A stretch of DNA of 64,000 nt from Paraspadella gotoi (GCA_051294375.1 CM119267.1:2036793-2100792); one strand, 5' to 3'. Shown: positions 17,513-31,294, counted from the first letter of the stretch. The notes: generated from the sequence alone by a model not told the origin. Program-made: numbers and translations.

Positions 17513-20500
17513 TTATCCATTGCCTTTGTCTTCGGCCTTGTCATCCTCTTTCACTTTTTCGTTTTCCTCGCATTTGTCTTCGCCTTTGTCTTCACGTTTA
17601 TCTTGGTCTCTGGCTTTGTCTATACATTTGTCTTTGTCTTGATCTGTGTCCTCGAATTCTTCTTCTCCTTTGTCTTTGTTTTTGCCTGTGTCCTCGCCTT
17701 TGTCTTCAAGTTTGTCCTCGTATTTTTCTTTGCCTTTGTCTTTAACTTTGTCTTCGTCTTCACAAATGTCTTTGTCGTATTTGTCTTCTCCTTTGTCTTT
17801 GTTTTTGGCTGTGTCCTCGCCTTTGTCTTCACCTTTTTCCTTCTCTTCTCCTTTGTCTTTGTCTTCACATTTGTCTATGTCTTGATCTGTGTCCTCGAAT
17901 TCTTCTTCTCCTTTGTCTTTGTTTTTGCCAGTGTCCTCGACCATGTCTTCAAGTTTGTCCTCGTCTTTTTCGTAGCCTTTGTCTTTAACTTTGTCTTCGT
18001 CTTTACATTTGTCTTCATCTGTGTCCTTGTCTTTGCAAAAAGTCACTGTGGCGACGTTGATGTCCAACTTCACTGAATCCTCTCCGCTGTTGTCGTTGTT
18101 GTCATTATTAATGTTGCTGTTGTTGTTGTTGCTGTTGTCGTAGCTTTTGCTCTCTTCTTTCTCCTCCTCTCCTTCCTCCTCCTCCTTTTCCTCCTCTAAC
18201 TCCTCAAAGTCCTCCTTCCAAACGACGACCCGCTCGAGAATCACGAAGACCACGTCGACGAAGGCGATCGTCCCCAGATGCCTGAAGACAAAAATGGATG
18301 CGTCGAGATTTGAAAAGGGAATAAGGGAAGAAAGTTAGAAATGGTTAAAGGGGGAGGATAGGTGAAGATAGGGGAAGATACAGGGGAGGATAGGGGAAGA
18401 ATAGTATACAGGGGAGGATAGGGAAGATACAGGGGAAGATATGTGAAGTTACAGGAGAAGATAGGTGAAGATACAGGGGAAGATACAAGGGAGGATAGGG
18501 GAAGATAAAGGGAGGATAGGTAAATATACAGGGAGGATAGGGGAAGATACAGGGAAGATATGTGAAGATACAGAGTAATATATGTGAAGTTACAGGAGAA
18601 GATACAGGGGAAGATAGGGGAAGATACAGGAGAAGATAGGTGAGATACGGGGAAGATACAGGGGAGGATAGGTGAAGATACAGGAGAAGATAGGTGAAGA
18701 TACAAGGGAGGATAAAGGAAGATACAGGGGAAGATGTAAGGAATTATATGAAAAATATATGGAAATTAGGGATAAAACTAAAAATTAAAATCTGAAGTGT
18801 ATTTAATATTTTCACTTTCATTTACATAAGTTCCTAAAACTTCTTTCCACAATCTTGCCAATTTTTTTTTTTTTTTTTTTTTTAATAATTTGTACTACTT
18901 AAAATGAATTTTCAAAATATTCCCAAAAAAAGCGCGCTGACCCTGTAAGTTAGTGTATTCTGTAAAAATATAGAATAATATATAAATTACACGTCGCCAA
19001 AAGAAAATTAAATAGAGAATAAATAAGACGAAAAATAGCTTGAGCTCGCCAGTGAAAATAAGATGATTTAAAGCAAATATTCAGTTATTCACCTGAAGAC
19101 GAAGGAAATGAAGTTAAAGTCATAACGAGTTTGAACCAAGTCGCCGATCGCTCCACTTCCCGCTACTCCAGAACCTCCAACTCTATTTTCTTCGTCGACG
19201 TCGTGGATCCTTACGTCGAAGTCGCCAGCGTAGCTTTCATAATAAACAATAATCTAATTTGCATATTGCAGTATTGTCGTTTTAATAACATTTTTTTCTA
19301 AAATTGTTTTCAATTGGTTTTAATCTATAACTAAACGAAATGAAATATAACAATGTAGAGTCGTATACGTTGAGTTAATTTTATAAACGATTTATTTCGT
19401 TTAAATCTTTACGATATGTGTCAATGATTCTCTCACATGGACCGAACGGCCTCGTCCCAATAATGACGAATCGGGGAAACCATCAACGTCTCTCGTCGAC
19501 GTCGAAACGTGATTCGGTTGCGAGGATTTTTGTCGCAACCGCGGAAGAAGAAGAGGAGGAGAGAGGGGAGTAGGAGGAAGAGGAGGTTGACGAGGAAATT
19601 GGCCGAGGAGATGAGGAAGAAGACGAGGCGTCTGGAAGGTAAGGAGTCGTTGTCAGCCTTAAAAGGGTGAGGGCGCGTCAAATTTACCCTTGAAACTCAC
19701 CGGCGACACTTGGAGCCCCCCGAAGCCTTGGTCGCGGTCAAGGGAGTCACGAGTCGGGCGACCGCTAGGAGAGTCAAACAGTTGACGAGTTTGAAGGGGG
19801 GAGACTTGACGAGCCCTTGGAGAAGATCGGAAGAGTAGAGGCAAAGGAGGGTGGTGGAGGTCATGATCCAGAAGAGGATGAGAAATCTGGAGATGGGGGA
19901 TAGATTATTTATCTTTAGATTGATTGATAAATAGTTAAACAGATAGAAAAATAGATAGATAGATAGATCAGACACTTACCTTATCGCCCTGTAAGCGAAC
20001 CTCTTTCCCTCTCCGTCCACTCTGAAGACGATCTTAAACGCAGCTGCCCCGATGCTTTTGAGCAGCAGAGCAGCAGGCAGAATCAGACTGACCAGGCAGG
20101 GCGACTGGTAACAGTCGAAGACGAAGCAGGCGGCGTTCGAGTCGTCCGAGTTCGTCAGGCGACGATCCGGCAGGCAATGGCCGACGCCTGCTCGATATCG
20201 CGAACAGGCGCAGGCCGCCCGTCGGCCGCAACCCATCAGGCGTTCGAGGAAGTCCACGTCGTCGGTCGTGTTGGTCACGGCGGAGGCGGGGCTGAGGAGG
20301 AGGAGGAGGAGGAGGAGGAGGAGGAAGAGGAAAGGGAGGAAAGAAAAGAAAAGAAAAAGATTTAAAAAAAAAAAGATTAGAAAAAAAATTAAAAGTATAG
20401 AGGAGTATTTGTTAAGAGTTAATGAAAATTGTAAAGCAATCATTACTAAAATTAGAAACTCTCGGCTCTCTTTTTCAAAATCTGCCAATTTCTGTTCCTT

Positions 20501-23500
20501 AATCCCTAAACTATTATCAAATAAATAACTCTAACCTACTGATTAATCCTAAACCCTGACTCCGAAACAACACCTCTAACCTAAATGCTCATAACTTGCA
20601 TATAGTTGGTTGCTCATTGTTAACACGGAAAAAATTAAATCTAAGGGACTGCTCGCGCCGCCTTCAGGAAATAAATGTCGAAAGACAAAATTCCGACAGT
20701 GCTTGTCATAAATACGCGGGCTCAGAAAGTTTCGGTAGTCATGTCATGTCACGTCGTCATGTCAAATAATGTCATGTCCTGTTACAAGAAACAGTCACTG
20801 CGGCGCAACACATTTGAATTACCCTTCTTGTTAGATAAAGAGTGACATTTTGAGAAAAGAATGCCAATTTTTATTGTAACTCGGCCAACCCACCTAAAAA
20901 AAAGAAAACAAGTCATTTTAAGCCCTTACCCTCGTCCAAATTATAACCCTCACCTCAAAGCGGTCCTCTTTTGCGGAATGACCGACCGCAAAGAGAACCT
21001 GACGAACTCATCGTCGTCAAATACGGATTCCGGGCGAAGAATCAAATCCGGAGGAGGGAGGCACATGTGTTCCCCGCCGACGAGTTGACTGAGGACGAAA
21101 GCGGAGAACGAGACGAGAAGAAAGCATTCGACTGACTCTAAGAGGAGGAGGGCGGAGAGACGGCGTCGCTTGGCGGAGACGATTCGGGCGTGGGCGGCGG
21201 TGTGGCTGGCGTGGTTGGGATCGGAATAAAACGTGGAAGAATCTCGATCCAATTCTCTCTTTAAATTTTTCTTTGAGTCTTCATTTAATTTTACGTTTAA
21301 ATCTTCTTTAGCATCATTCTCCAAATTTTCTTTTAAATCTTCCTCCGAATTTTCTTTTAAATCTTCCTCCAAATTTTCTTTTAAATCTTCCTCCAAATTT
21401 TCTTTTAAATCTTCCTCCAAATCTTCCTCCAACATTGCCCGAGACTGATTGGCCAAAACCCAGAGACAAAGAACGAACCGCGAACGAGAGCGAAGTTTGT
21501 GATAAAGATGTTTGACCCTTTTCTCTTTGTTCCACCACTCCACTTCTTCTTCTATTTCATTCACCCCCAACTCCTCTCCCTCCCCCTCCTTCTCCTCCTC
21601 CTCCGCCCCGCTCAACACGAAGACGCAAAAGAGCGCCGCTTTCGACGCCCACCCGGCGCCGACGAGCGCCAAAAGAACGCCGCCCCACGCCGGATCTCCG
21701 CGCGAGAAGAAGGCGAGGGCTACGAAGACTTCGCCGAGAGGGAGGTTGGAGAGGAAAGAGAGGCTGCGACGAAGAAGGCGGATGTGAGGGTGGTTGGAGA
21801 GGGTGGTCAGGAACTGAAGGTGGGAGGGCAGAAATGTCGTAGTCCCCGAACTAATACTTAAGAGAGTGGTCATTTTATAAAAGGATAAAATACAATTGTA
21901 TAAATACAATTGAAGAATTATTGGAAATATTGTGCCACTTCATTGATAGGGAAGCCAGGTACTCTGGGAGTGCATAAACGAGACTGTGAGAGAGTCTTCA
22001 TTGAAAGCTTGCAGGGACCTGCTATGTCATTATCTTGTAAGAGTGATGTAGGCTTTAAATCACCAAAGCCTGTCTAAATTTAGAAGGGAAGGTACCATAT
22101 TTATTGAATTGATGAATTATTTATAATGTCAATTAAGCTAACCTTTTTACTTTTCTCTATAAAAGAGTCTTTCCCCGAAGTTTTCCTATTTGTTAAATCA
22201 TCATCATCTTCATTTTTTTCTTTTTTTGACTCGAAAATTCTTCGCCAAATTTGTGAATCTTTCAACCTTCGAAGGCTTCGACCAAAGTCTCGGCGAAGAT
22301 TCTCCAACCGCCGCCTCCACAGCCCAACTGCGTCGCTGCCGCTGCCGCTGCCGCTGCCCACCCTGCTGCCACTCTCTTTCTTTCTCCACGTCACTCCTTT
22401 CCACCTCCAAATCGCCAAAGCGACGACGACGACGACGACGACGATGTTGACGACGACGGCGACGACGACCAGACGTAGTTGAGACGGAGAATATCCGCAG
22501 ACGATGACGTTCCAGGTGACGGTGGACGAGGAATTGGAGGCTTTGACCTGAGGAGAGGGCGTTGGGACGAGGTTGGAATTTATTATTGAATCCAAGTTGG
22601 TCAATATCACGTAAAAAAGGATCTTTTTGTTCTTTTCTTGTTACTTCTGCTCATCCATTGGAACATCTTTGAACTAATTAACCTGACTCAATGCAGTTAT
22701 ATTTATATTTATGTATATTTTCAAGTTCATATATATATTTGTGTTATGATCGTTGCGTTACGAGATTTAGTTAAGTGGTTTCAACAACGAATTTATTCTT
22801 CATTAGAAAAACGGACATGTTTCGGCTTTATTTACAAGCCTTCATCGCGTTAAAATAGTTTGTGAAATTTTTAATCAAATTTGTGCAATTTGTGTCTTTA
22901 AATTCAGCTCAGCCAACAGGGCGATGCACCTGAAACATTCTAATAGAGTATTTACCTGATATAGTCTACCGGGCGATTCGTTCCAAGTTTTCCGAAATTC
23001 GTCAGATGATCTTGCGTTTAAATCCTCGACTCCGTTGAGACTCCACGCGCAGGTTTCTTCTTCACTCCCGCCGCTCGCTCCTCTAGCTCCACTAGCTCCA
23101 CTTCTCCCGACGCCTAGGCTCCTGCTGCCCTCTTCCTGCGACAGAGAGTATCTTCCGATTTCCCCGTAACCTCGAAACTCGTAGAACCTGGTTATGGGGG
23201 TGAGTGTTAGGGTGTGCAAGGGTGAGGCGATTTCAAAAAATATTATTATGGTAAGAATAATATCAAGAATAAGATCAGAAATTAAATGTGTGGCGAGTAG
23301 AGATCTGGCGGTCCCTCTCCAATAATTTGGTGAGGCTGTAGACTGTGGTGATTTAAGACCTCCATCACTCCATTTAAGACCTCCGTCACTCTTACAGAAC
23401 TAACATAGCAGAACCCGACAGCCTTCTTTCTTCTCATCACAATTTATTCAGTCAATACTTTTGAACATTATCATTAACAACATCATCGCAGCGTCATGTG

Positions 23501-26500
23501 CATCCTTACACCATCATGCAGCATCATTCAGCATCCAACATCTTGATCCTCCGTTTCAACGACTTCAACTCGCTTTTAACTTCGCGACGCAAATGACGAA
23601 ACTCAAATCGTCAGTTGATTGATTGATCGATTCCCGAAGAGAGATCGATCGGAGCGAGAAGCGTTTTGTGGCGGAGGGCGATCGCGAGAGCGAGACGATT
23701 TGCCGTTGGGGAATCTCTTGAGCGAACTGAGAAAGACGAGGATATGATGATTTAACAAATTGTTTTTATTTATTTTATTATAAACGGAATTTTTATATCA
23801 TGACAGTACTTGGCCGTAGCCTTGACCCTGTTTCCTTTCAAGTTTCAACCGAAACCGCAGCATGAAACCGAGAGAAAAAAAAGAGAAAAAAAGGAAAAAA
23901 AGGATTGAGTGATTAGGAAGAAAGGCGCGCCATTCTTCGCCGCCCTGGCAGTATGAACGACCTAATAGAAACAAACATGAAAGAAACTTATAGAAAACAG
24001 CCTTAAAAAGTATAGAAAACAGCCCTTAAAAAAACTCTAAGAACAGCAATAAAGCTAGAAGCAGCTTAAAACTTAAGAAACAGCTATGTGACTAAAATCA
24101 CATACTGTTCATACAGCGCCATTGGTGCGCGGAGGCAAGTCATTCGCCTCCCACCCAAAGGTTCCGGGTCTGCCTCGCTTAACCCGCTTACTTGGTGTTC
24201 CAGGCCTGGATCATGACGCAGGGACTGCTTATATTGAACGGTTTCTGTCATTAACAATAACAATTATCACTGCTCTTCATTGGTGAGCCGACTTCCGAAC
24301 ACACAGCAACAACAACACTTTCAGGCGACGCCCTCAACCTGGCGATGCACTTTCCACCCACAACACATCAGCGAAAATGCTCAACTGGTGACGAACTTCT
24401 AACCAACAACAATTCACTGAAGAGACGCAACAGACCTCTCCCTACGGGAGGGGGGATGTATGGTGGACTAAAATCCACTAACCGTTCATACAGCGGCCAT
24501 TGGTGCCGGAGGCAAGTCATTCGCCTCTCCAACCCAAAGGTCCGGTTCTAGCCTGGTCGCCTAGCAGTTTAGAGGACGGGCGCTTAACCCGCCTGTAACT
24601 CGTGTTACACCGATCCGAAGCACAGGGACTGCTTATATTGAAGACGGTTTGTCATTAACACATAACAATTTATCACTGCCCTCACAGCTTAAAAACTTAT
24701 AGAAAACACCCTTAAAAACTTATAGAAAACACCCTTAAAAACTTACAGAAAACAGCCTTAAAAACTTATAGAAAACAGCCTTAAAAACTCTGTTTCGCCC
24801 CCTTGAAGGATTCACTTACTCTTAATCTAGCGTCTAACTCTGCCCCTTCATAACTAGCCCCTAACCTCGTGCCCATTTTCCACCGTGATCATTAATACCA
24901 TTTCCCCTTTACCTTGTACTCAACCGTGTCCCCATATCGCATTTGCCCAATTCATGTCGCGTTCCATCGAGTTATCGAAGGAAGTCTTTCCCGAATTCGT
25001 TGAAATCGAAAAATTCACAGTTGAAGCCAAAGAATCCATCGAGACATCGACAAGTAAAGTGGACGTTAGACATCGATGAGTCATCACTGGGATGAAAATA
25101 TTTGAAATTCCGAGTGACTAACAGTGAGACGCTCGTTCGTTGTCATCGTCGTTGTTGTTGCTGTAGTTGCAAAGTTAAATTCGGCAGCTACAATAGTTTT
25201 AAATATGAATTTTGGTCCAAATATAACCGCTCTGTTTTTGTTGCAGTATTCGAATTTTCAGCTAATAATTAACTAGATTGTAAAGTTTTAGTATTATATT
25301 TGGTTTTTCACACTTTTCTTCCTATGAGCTCATAATATAATTAAAACATTTTTAACTCTGGTATAAAAATACGAATAAAATACTAAAAATTTACATGACA
25401 AAAACTACCAGAATCATGCCTCTCCAAAATTTGATTAATTTACAAGATCATTAGTGTTTCATTTTCTTTCATTTTCTTTCTACTTTAATCCCCTTTCTAT
25501 AAAGTCTTTGTTTATATTCATTCACATATTAAATCAATCTCATTATAATTTTCACTCCATTCCAAATGATCACCTCCTCTGCACGTCGACGCAGGTTGCG
25601 CCGTTTCTACAGGGCGCCGTCGCGCAAGGCGACGCCGTAAAGATTACCCTGGCGCGCGCCCTCTTCGATTCCACGCGACGAACGCCGGACAGAGTGACGG
25701 CTTCGCAGACGTAAACTCCGGGCGCGGTTATGGAGAGAGGAAATGATGCGGAAGAGGAATTTGTGAAAAGACGTCGAGCGATCGTTAGCTCGGAGTCTCG
25801 TGTCCAATCGATCGTCGAATTGAAGAGAGGATCGAAGCGGACGACGCATTCCAAGGTGGGGACAGAGGATGGGGGGAAGATGCCGTCTTGGGGGCGTGAG
25901 AGGAATGTGAGGCGTCTGTGAGGGAATGTGAGGAAGGTGGGGAAAGTCTGAGCTATCTCGCCTTCTGATCTTATATCCTTTTTACAACTGGATAAGCTTA
26001 GAGTCCATAAACTTGATTGTGATCAGAAACTGAGAGTGAGAGTCTTGATAGCTTGAAGGAACCTGCTATGTTATTATCTTGGAAGAGGGCGGAAGTCCTT
26101 GACGACCATAGCCCGTCCAAAGTCAAGGGCAGGAGAGCATATTTATTCAATGAATTTTTTTTTTTATTGGTTGAATTATTTTTTTTCGGGATCCTGCAAG
26201 CTTTCAATCAAGATTACCTCACAGTTTTAACTATAAAGTTTCATATTACTCGGCTTTTTTATCAATGACGTCTATGTTTTCATGAGCTGCTTCCATAGTC
26301 TAAAAGGATTAGCCCATTACATTGGGGAATACTTTTGTAATCCGCACTAGCATCAAAATAATAATTGGTATAAATATCAAAACTATCGATGTTTACGATG
26401 CGAAACCGATACCTCGTGACGAACAATTTCATTCCATCAGATCTCCGACTTCCGCCACCAATGACGTCGCAAGAATACAATCCCGAGTCTTCGGCTTTGG

Positions 26501-29500
26501 CTCGATTCACAGTCAGATTCGAAATCACCTTTTGACAAGAGAAAGAAGACATTTTCAGATTTCGTACTTCATATTTCTATTTCTATTTAGTTTTTACATT
26601 TCTTTTAATCTATATAAATTATCCTTGCTCTTCTTCCTTCATGTCCCTCCCCTTCCATGCTCTCTCATATCTTCTTCGTCTTTCCATCTCCATGTCTTTT
26701 TTCCCTAGCTCTTTTTCCTCCATGTCTTTTTTGTTCTTGAGTGCTCCACTCTACTCTACAGTCCACATCCATGCCCGCTTCAACCTCCATTCTCCCATCT
26801 TCATGCCCTCTCCATGTTCAACCTCCATGTTTTCCTCGACGATCCTCTCCGTGACGCTGAGACGATGTCCCTCCACCTCGACTCCGTCCTTGGACCAAAT
26901 CACCCGCGGAACGGGTCGTCCGCCCGCTACGCAGCGCAGCGTAGCGGACTCGGTCTCGCGGATGCGTGAGGGAGAGAAGCTGGTGACCACGGTTTGGGCT
27001 GAGAGAGAGAGGGGGGAGAAGTTAGGGAGGGAGGGGAGGGGGAGGGGGAGAGAGAGAGACAGAGAGAGTCAGTGGATTTTGGAAAAACACTAACAATGTA
27101 ACAACAAAATTTACGAAGAATGTCTTTGCCAGCGACTGACCGAGCAATTTCTGTCCGTATTGCATCGCATTGACGACCCCTTTGTCGTTCAACGCCTCGT
27201 AAATCCTTTCATCCTTTTCAGCGACAGTTTTGGCCTCAATGGTCGAGGCGCCGCACTTTACGAACAACGCCACCATCTCGTATTTCTGCGCGACAACAAA
27301 GTATAATTTAGAGACAATCAATTGTTTTTATATCAAAAGTAACAAGAGAAAAAATGAATTATTATAAAATTTAACCAAAAAAAAAAATCCAATCAAAATG
27401 CAAGAGGCAAAAGAGAAGAGAACGAGTTGCATTCGAAACGCGAGAAAAAATCGGATTTCGATTTTCGTTTTCAAAACCTTGAGTCTGATAAGTCGGAGGG
27501 AGATGAGGAAGAGGGGGATTGATAATGATAAAAACATGAGATGATAAAAGATGAGTTGGTGACTGAGCGAGAAATGAAAGAATGAGATGGTAAAAGAATG
27601 AGATGGTGAAAGGATGAGAAGGTGACTGATAGAGATGGTAAAAGAATGAGATGGTAAAATATGAGAGGGTGACTGATAGAGAAGGTAAAAGAATGAGATG
27701 GTAAAATTATGAGAGGGTGACTGATAGAGATGGTAAAAGAATGAGATGATAAAAACAGGAACGTCTAGAGAGGGGTAGGCAAAAACTCCACAAAGCCAGG
27801 GGTGGCCCGAAACCAGCCATCAGGATAAAAAATTATTAAAAGAATAAAGATTTAAAAAAACTAGAAAATACAATTTTGAGGCTCCGTTACTCATGGTAGA
27901 AAATATCAATAATAATATAGGATTTTATTCTCTGTTGTTCAGAATATTCCTTAATAGGCCATCTAGCTATACTATGTCCGCTAATGGGGATGATTTTATA
28001 CTTTATGGCGACCCTCCAATTGGTTAAAATTGAGATGGCGACGGAAATGATGGTAATTAAACATGAATGAGATGGCATCTAACGATGGTAATTAAACATG
28101 AATGAGATGGCATCTAACGATGGTAATTAAACATGAATGAGATGGCATCTATCGATGGTAATTAAACATGAATGAGATGGCTTCTAACGATGGTAATTAA
28201 ACATGAATGAGATGGCATCTAACGATGGTAATTAAACATGAATGAGATGGCATCTAACGAAGTCGTCTTGCCAAAATCATCTCACCCTTTCGACGATAGC
28301 ATAGACGAGTGGCGTAAATCCTAATCCATTTTTAGCATCGATCAAAGTTTGCGGTGCCGCTAGCAGCGCCGCCACGACCGCCTTTGTTCCCCGCAACGCC
28401 GCCAGGTGCAGAGCTTTGTCGCCTTCCAAGACGCCGAGATTGGGGTCGGCGCCGGCGTCGAGAAGGAGACGGACAAGCTGAGGACCCATCTAATAAGCGT
28501 TCAGTTTAAAAATCTTAAATTATTTCATCAATTCATAATACATGTATAAATTGTATATGTTTTTGATTTCTTTGTAAGAAAAAGTTGAAACAAAACTCTG
28601 GAGATGAACAAATTTTTACTTCTACAAGAAAATAACTTGTCGATATTATTACTTTTAGAGCCAGCATAATTCACCTAGTATCGGCATTAATTTAAAACAT
28701 AATACAATTTAATAGCGTACTCCAAACGAATACACGCATTAGCGAATAAAATGAATCTAAATACATCTACTACATCAAGTGAAGACAAAAAGAAAATAAA
28801 AAAAATTTAAAAAAATTTTAAAAAAAATTTATAAATAAAAAAAATAAATAAATAAATAAAAAAATAAATAAATAAATAAATATCACAAACCTGATTCTCC
28901 TTCGGCCTTCCCACGATTGGCTTTTCAAACTAGGAGGGAAAAATTAGTCTTTTTACTTATGATTTTTATTATCAAGATTAGCAGATGACTCCTTAAATTT
29001 TCTCAATGTCATATTACAAAAGACTTATCTACAACATCTACCCCAGCAAAATTGACGATGGCGTTGATCAAAGGCGTGGCGCCGTTGACGCTGATGACGT
29101 TAACGTTAACGCCGCCCGACGCCAACAACGCCGCCACGACATCGACGCCGTGTTTAAGAGTCGCCAACTGAATCGGCGTCGTTCCAATGGCGGCGTTACC
29201 AAAGTTAACGTCGGCGCCGTAGGAGATAAGAAGAGATACGACTCTAGCGGAGAGAGAGAGAGAGAGAGAGATATATAGCGTGAGATATTTATATATATTT
29301 AAAAGAGATGAAGCACTGACAGAGTCAGAGACGGTCTCACCTAATAAGAGCCTCCGCCATCACCATCTCTGTATCGCCTGATGGACCGTTGAGGAATTTC
29401 GTCAGGCAGGTGAAGCCTTCCCAGGCGACAGTGGCGACTCGCCTGGCACCAATTTCATTTCCCATTTCATGCAAAGCAGCGTCTGACAGAAAGGCGCAGC

Positions 29501-30627
29501 TTTCAATAATTTGCTGTTGGAAGAGATAACATTGGATCGTGAACGATACTATACTAAACTATATGACAAATTATATTCTATACTATGAGATACTGATAAG
29601 AATCGTCCGTCTCTAAAGACTCGTTCGGGTCATTATAAAATGACCACAATTCAAAGTGACCATAGTCAATATTTTTATTTTCGTGATTCGCTCGCGGAAC
29701 GGGCAACGTTCGAATTTTCGACCTCGCGAGCGTGAGACTAAAATATCTCACAGATAATATATAGCAAGCCTGCTTTGGTGAAAATGCGGTTTCTTCCTTC
29801 AACCCAGGATATTGAACCGATTTTGAAAGGGATTACGACAATCCTCTTATACGTCCACCCGTATTGTGCCAAATATAAATTGAGCTCCTGTGGCAGTATA
29901 TTCACACCGCCTCACGTCCGTCATCCTTCAGCCAAATCCATTGGCTCAAAGGGGGAACACACCATCCCAAGCGTAGTGTTCCATCCTCAGTCCTAACGAC
30001 TTCCCTCTGCGTTGGCAAAGCGAGACCGTCCTAGGGTAACCGCGCCAGTGACTGGACGCGTCACTGAGGGTCGGAAGCCCCCAAAGCCAACAGTGAGATG
30101 CCCCATCCCAATGGGCATCACAGGCAACCCAGCCGTTGCCATACTCCTATATTTTTAAAATCTTTTGGCGCACTCTATGTTTTTCTTAATATAAATAAAG
30201 AAAACCTATTGAAATAATACAAACCTGATCAGAAACATAACGCTCCTCCGTTCGCTGTTCAAAAATTTGGTCGGGAAAACATTAATTACAAAATCATAAA
30301 GTCTGAAATATTAATACTTAAATTGACGACTAAAAGCTGTAGTCTTATTTCAAAGGCTGGTTTTCATATGGTTTCATCAAATTCTTATTTATGCTACTAT
30401 GAATCGAACAAAAGCACAATAGGCTTGTAAATAATGTTTTCCCGACAGAAAGAGGTGTGTGGGCATTTTTGACCTGGGGTTGACAGATTACGACGAGGAA
30501 TATATGAATGAGGAAAATGGGCAAAATTCCCTACGATAAAAAAAGAACGTAATTATTGAGAAATTGTTTAATAAATAAAATTTTGTTAAAACAAAACTTT
30601 TTACTCGGCGCTTACCAACGGATTCAT
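17513..30627 (-). CDS. Putative membrane receptor: (signal peptide)-ankyrin repeats-Ig-Ig-EGF-TM-multipass XK-like region-acidic tail
   Basis: Ankyrin exons ~29244-29041 (VVSLLISYGADVN...TPIQLA), 28489-28286 (LLLDAGADPN...ALHLAA) and 27285-27141. Ig exons 26998-~26824 (TLRCVAGGRPVPRVIWSKDG), ~26530-26413 (EDSGLYSC) and ~25915-25574 (GVYVCEA; PCATAPCRNGATCVD). EGF end at ~25085-25015 (FTCRCLDGFFGFNCE). TM exon ~22548-22143, hydrophobic exons 21814-19436, and a D/E/K-rich last exon ending at 17513. Most junction phases agree; the 5' exons and 23500-25010 are uncertain. Confidence 0.62.
18345..18740. repeat. Purine-rich minisatellite (ggggaagatacag-like) in an intron
   Basis: Direct reading. 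Confidence 0.85.
24458..24682 (+). mobile_element. SINE family A copy (a noisier copy lies at ~24105-24277)
   Basis: Matches 5876-6108. Confidence 0.75.
28048..28260. repeat. 35-bp tandem repeat, 6 copies
   Basis: Unit gatggtaattaaacatgaatgagatggcatctaac, with no spacers. Confidence 0.92.
29890..30143 (+). mobile_element. Dispersed repeat family C (unclassified)
   Basis: Related copies at ~31827-32093 (-) and ~60785-60995 (+, internally deleted); subterminal hairpin gatgccccatcccaatgggcatc. Confidence 0.8.
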
Positions 30628-30896
30628 AGTTAGTAAATTAATAAAAGTTTATTCCTTCAAAAAAATTGTTAAAATAAAAGAATCGACGTCGTATTTACTG
30701 AGAATTAGAAACTGAAAGTGGTTTTATTATTTCTAGCGGGAGAGAAAAATCCAGGCTTCGCCCTCATGACGGGAAAAATTCGTAAAATCGTAATGAATCG
30801 GTTTTGAGTATATTGAGTATTTTAAATTAATTAAGAAATTAAAATTGGTTTACAGTCCGGTTTCGTAATAACTAGCTCGATTAATTACTGTGTCTA

Positions 30897-30985
30897 TACG
30901 AGTTTCGAACTCGGGTCGTTTGGATCACGAGTTCAAGACTGAAACCATTGAGCAATCAATGAGCAACCAATGAGCAATCAAGACT
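30897..30985 (-). mobile_element. Degenerate tRNA-like / SINE head
   Basis: The minus strand reads TGCTCAATGG...CTCGTGAT...GAGTTCGAAACTCG, with A- and B-box-like spacing. Confidence 0.35.
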
Positions 30986-31249
30986 AATTGAATTGTGACG
31001 GAATCGACGTGAATCTCACCCGTATTAGTGAAGAGACGGAAGAGAGACTAAATTAATATCACGAATGGAGTCACACATGATTCACAAACTAAATAACGAA
31101 TCACAAACATAATCATTATTCTGCGATATCTCTCAAGTATTTTACTTATAAAAACGTGGAAACGATAAGATACGATAACATGTAATAAGATGAAAAACGT
31201 TGAAATACTTTTGAAAAAACGAACCAAATACAGAAAAAAAATATTTTCT

Positions 31250-31256
31250 TCAAATT

Positions 31257-31294
<38 letters not shown>

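Noticed and set aside
17426-18076. Plus-strand 216-aa F/V-rich membrane-like ORF
   Set aside because: Antisense shadow of the D/E/K-rich repetitive last exon on the minus strand.
28048-28260. 35-bp repeats as a CRISPR array
   Set aside because: Head-to-tail units without spacers; an intronic minisatellite.
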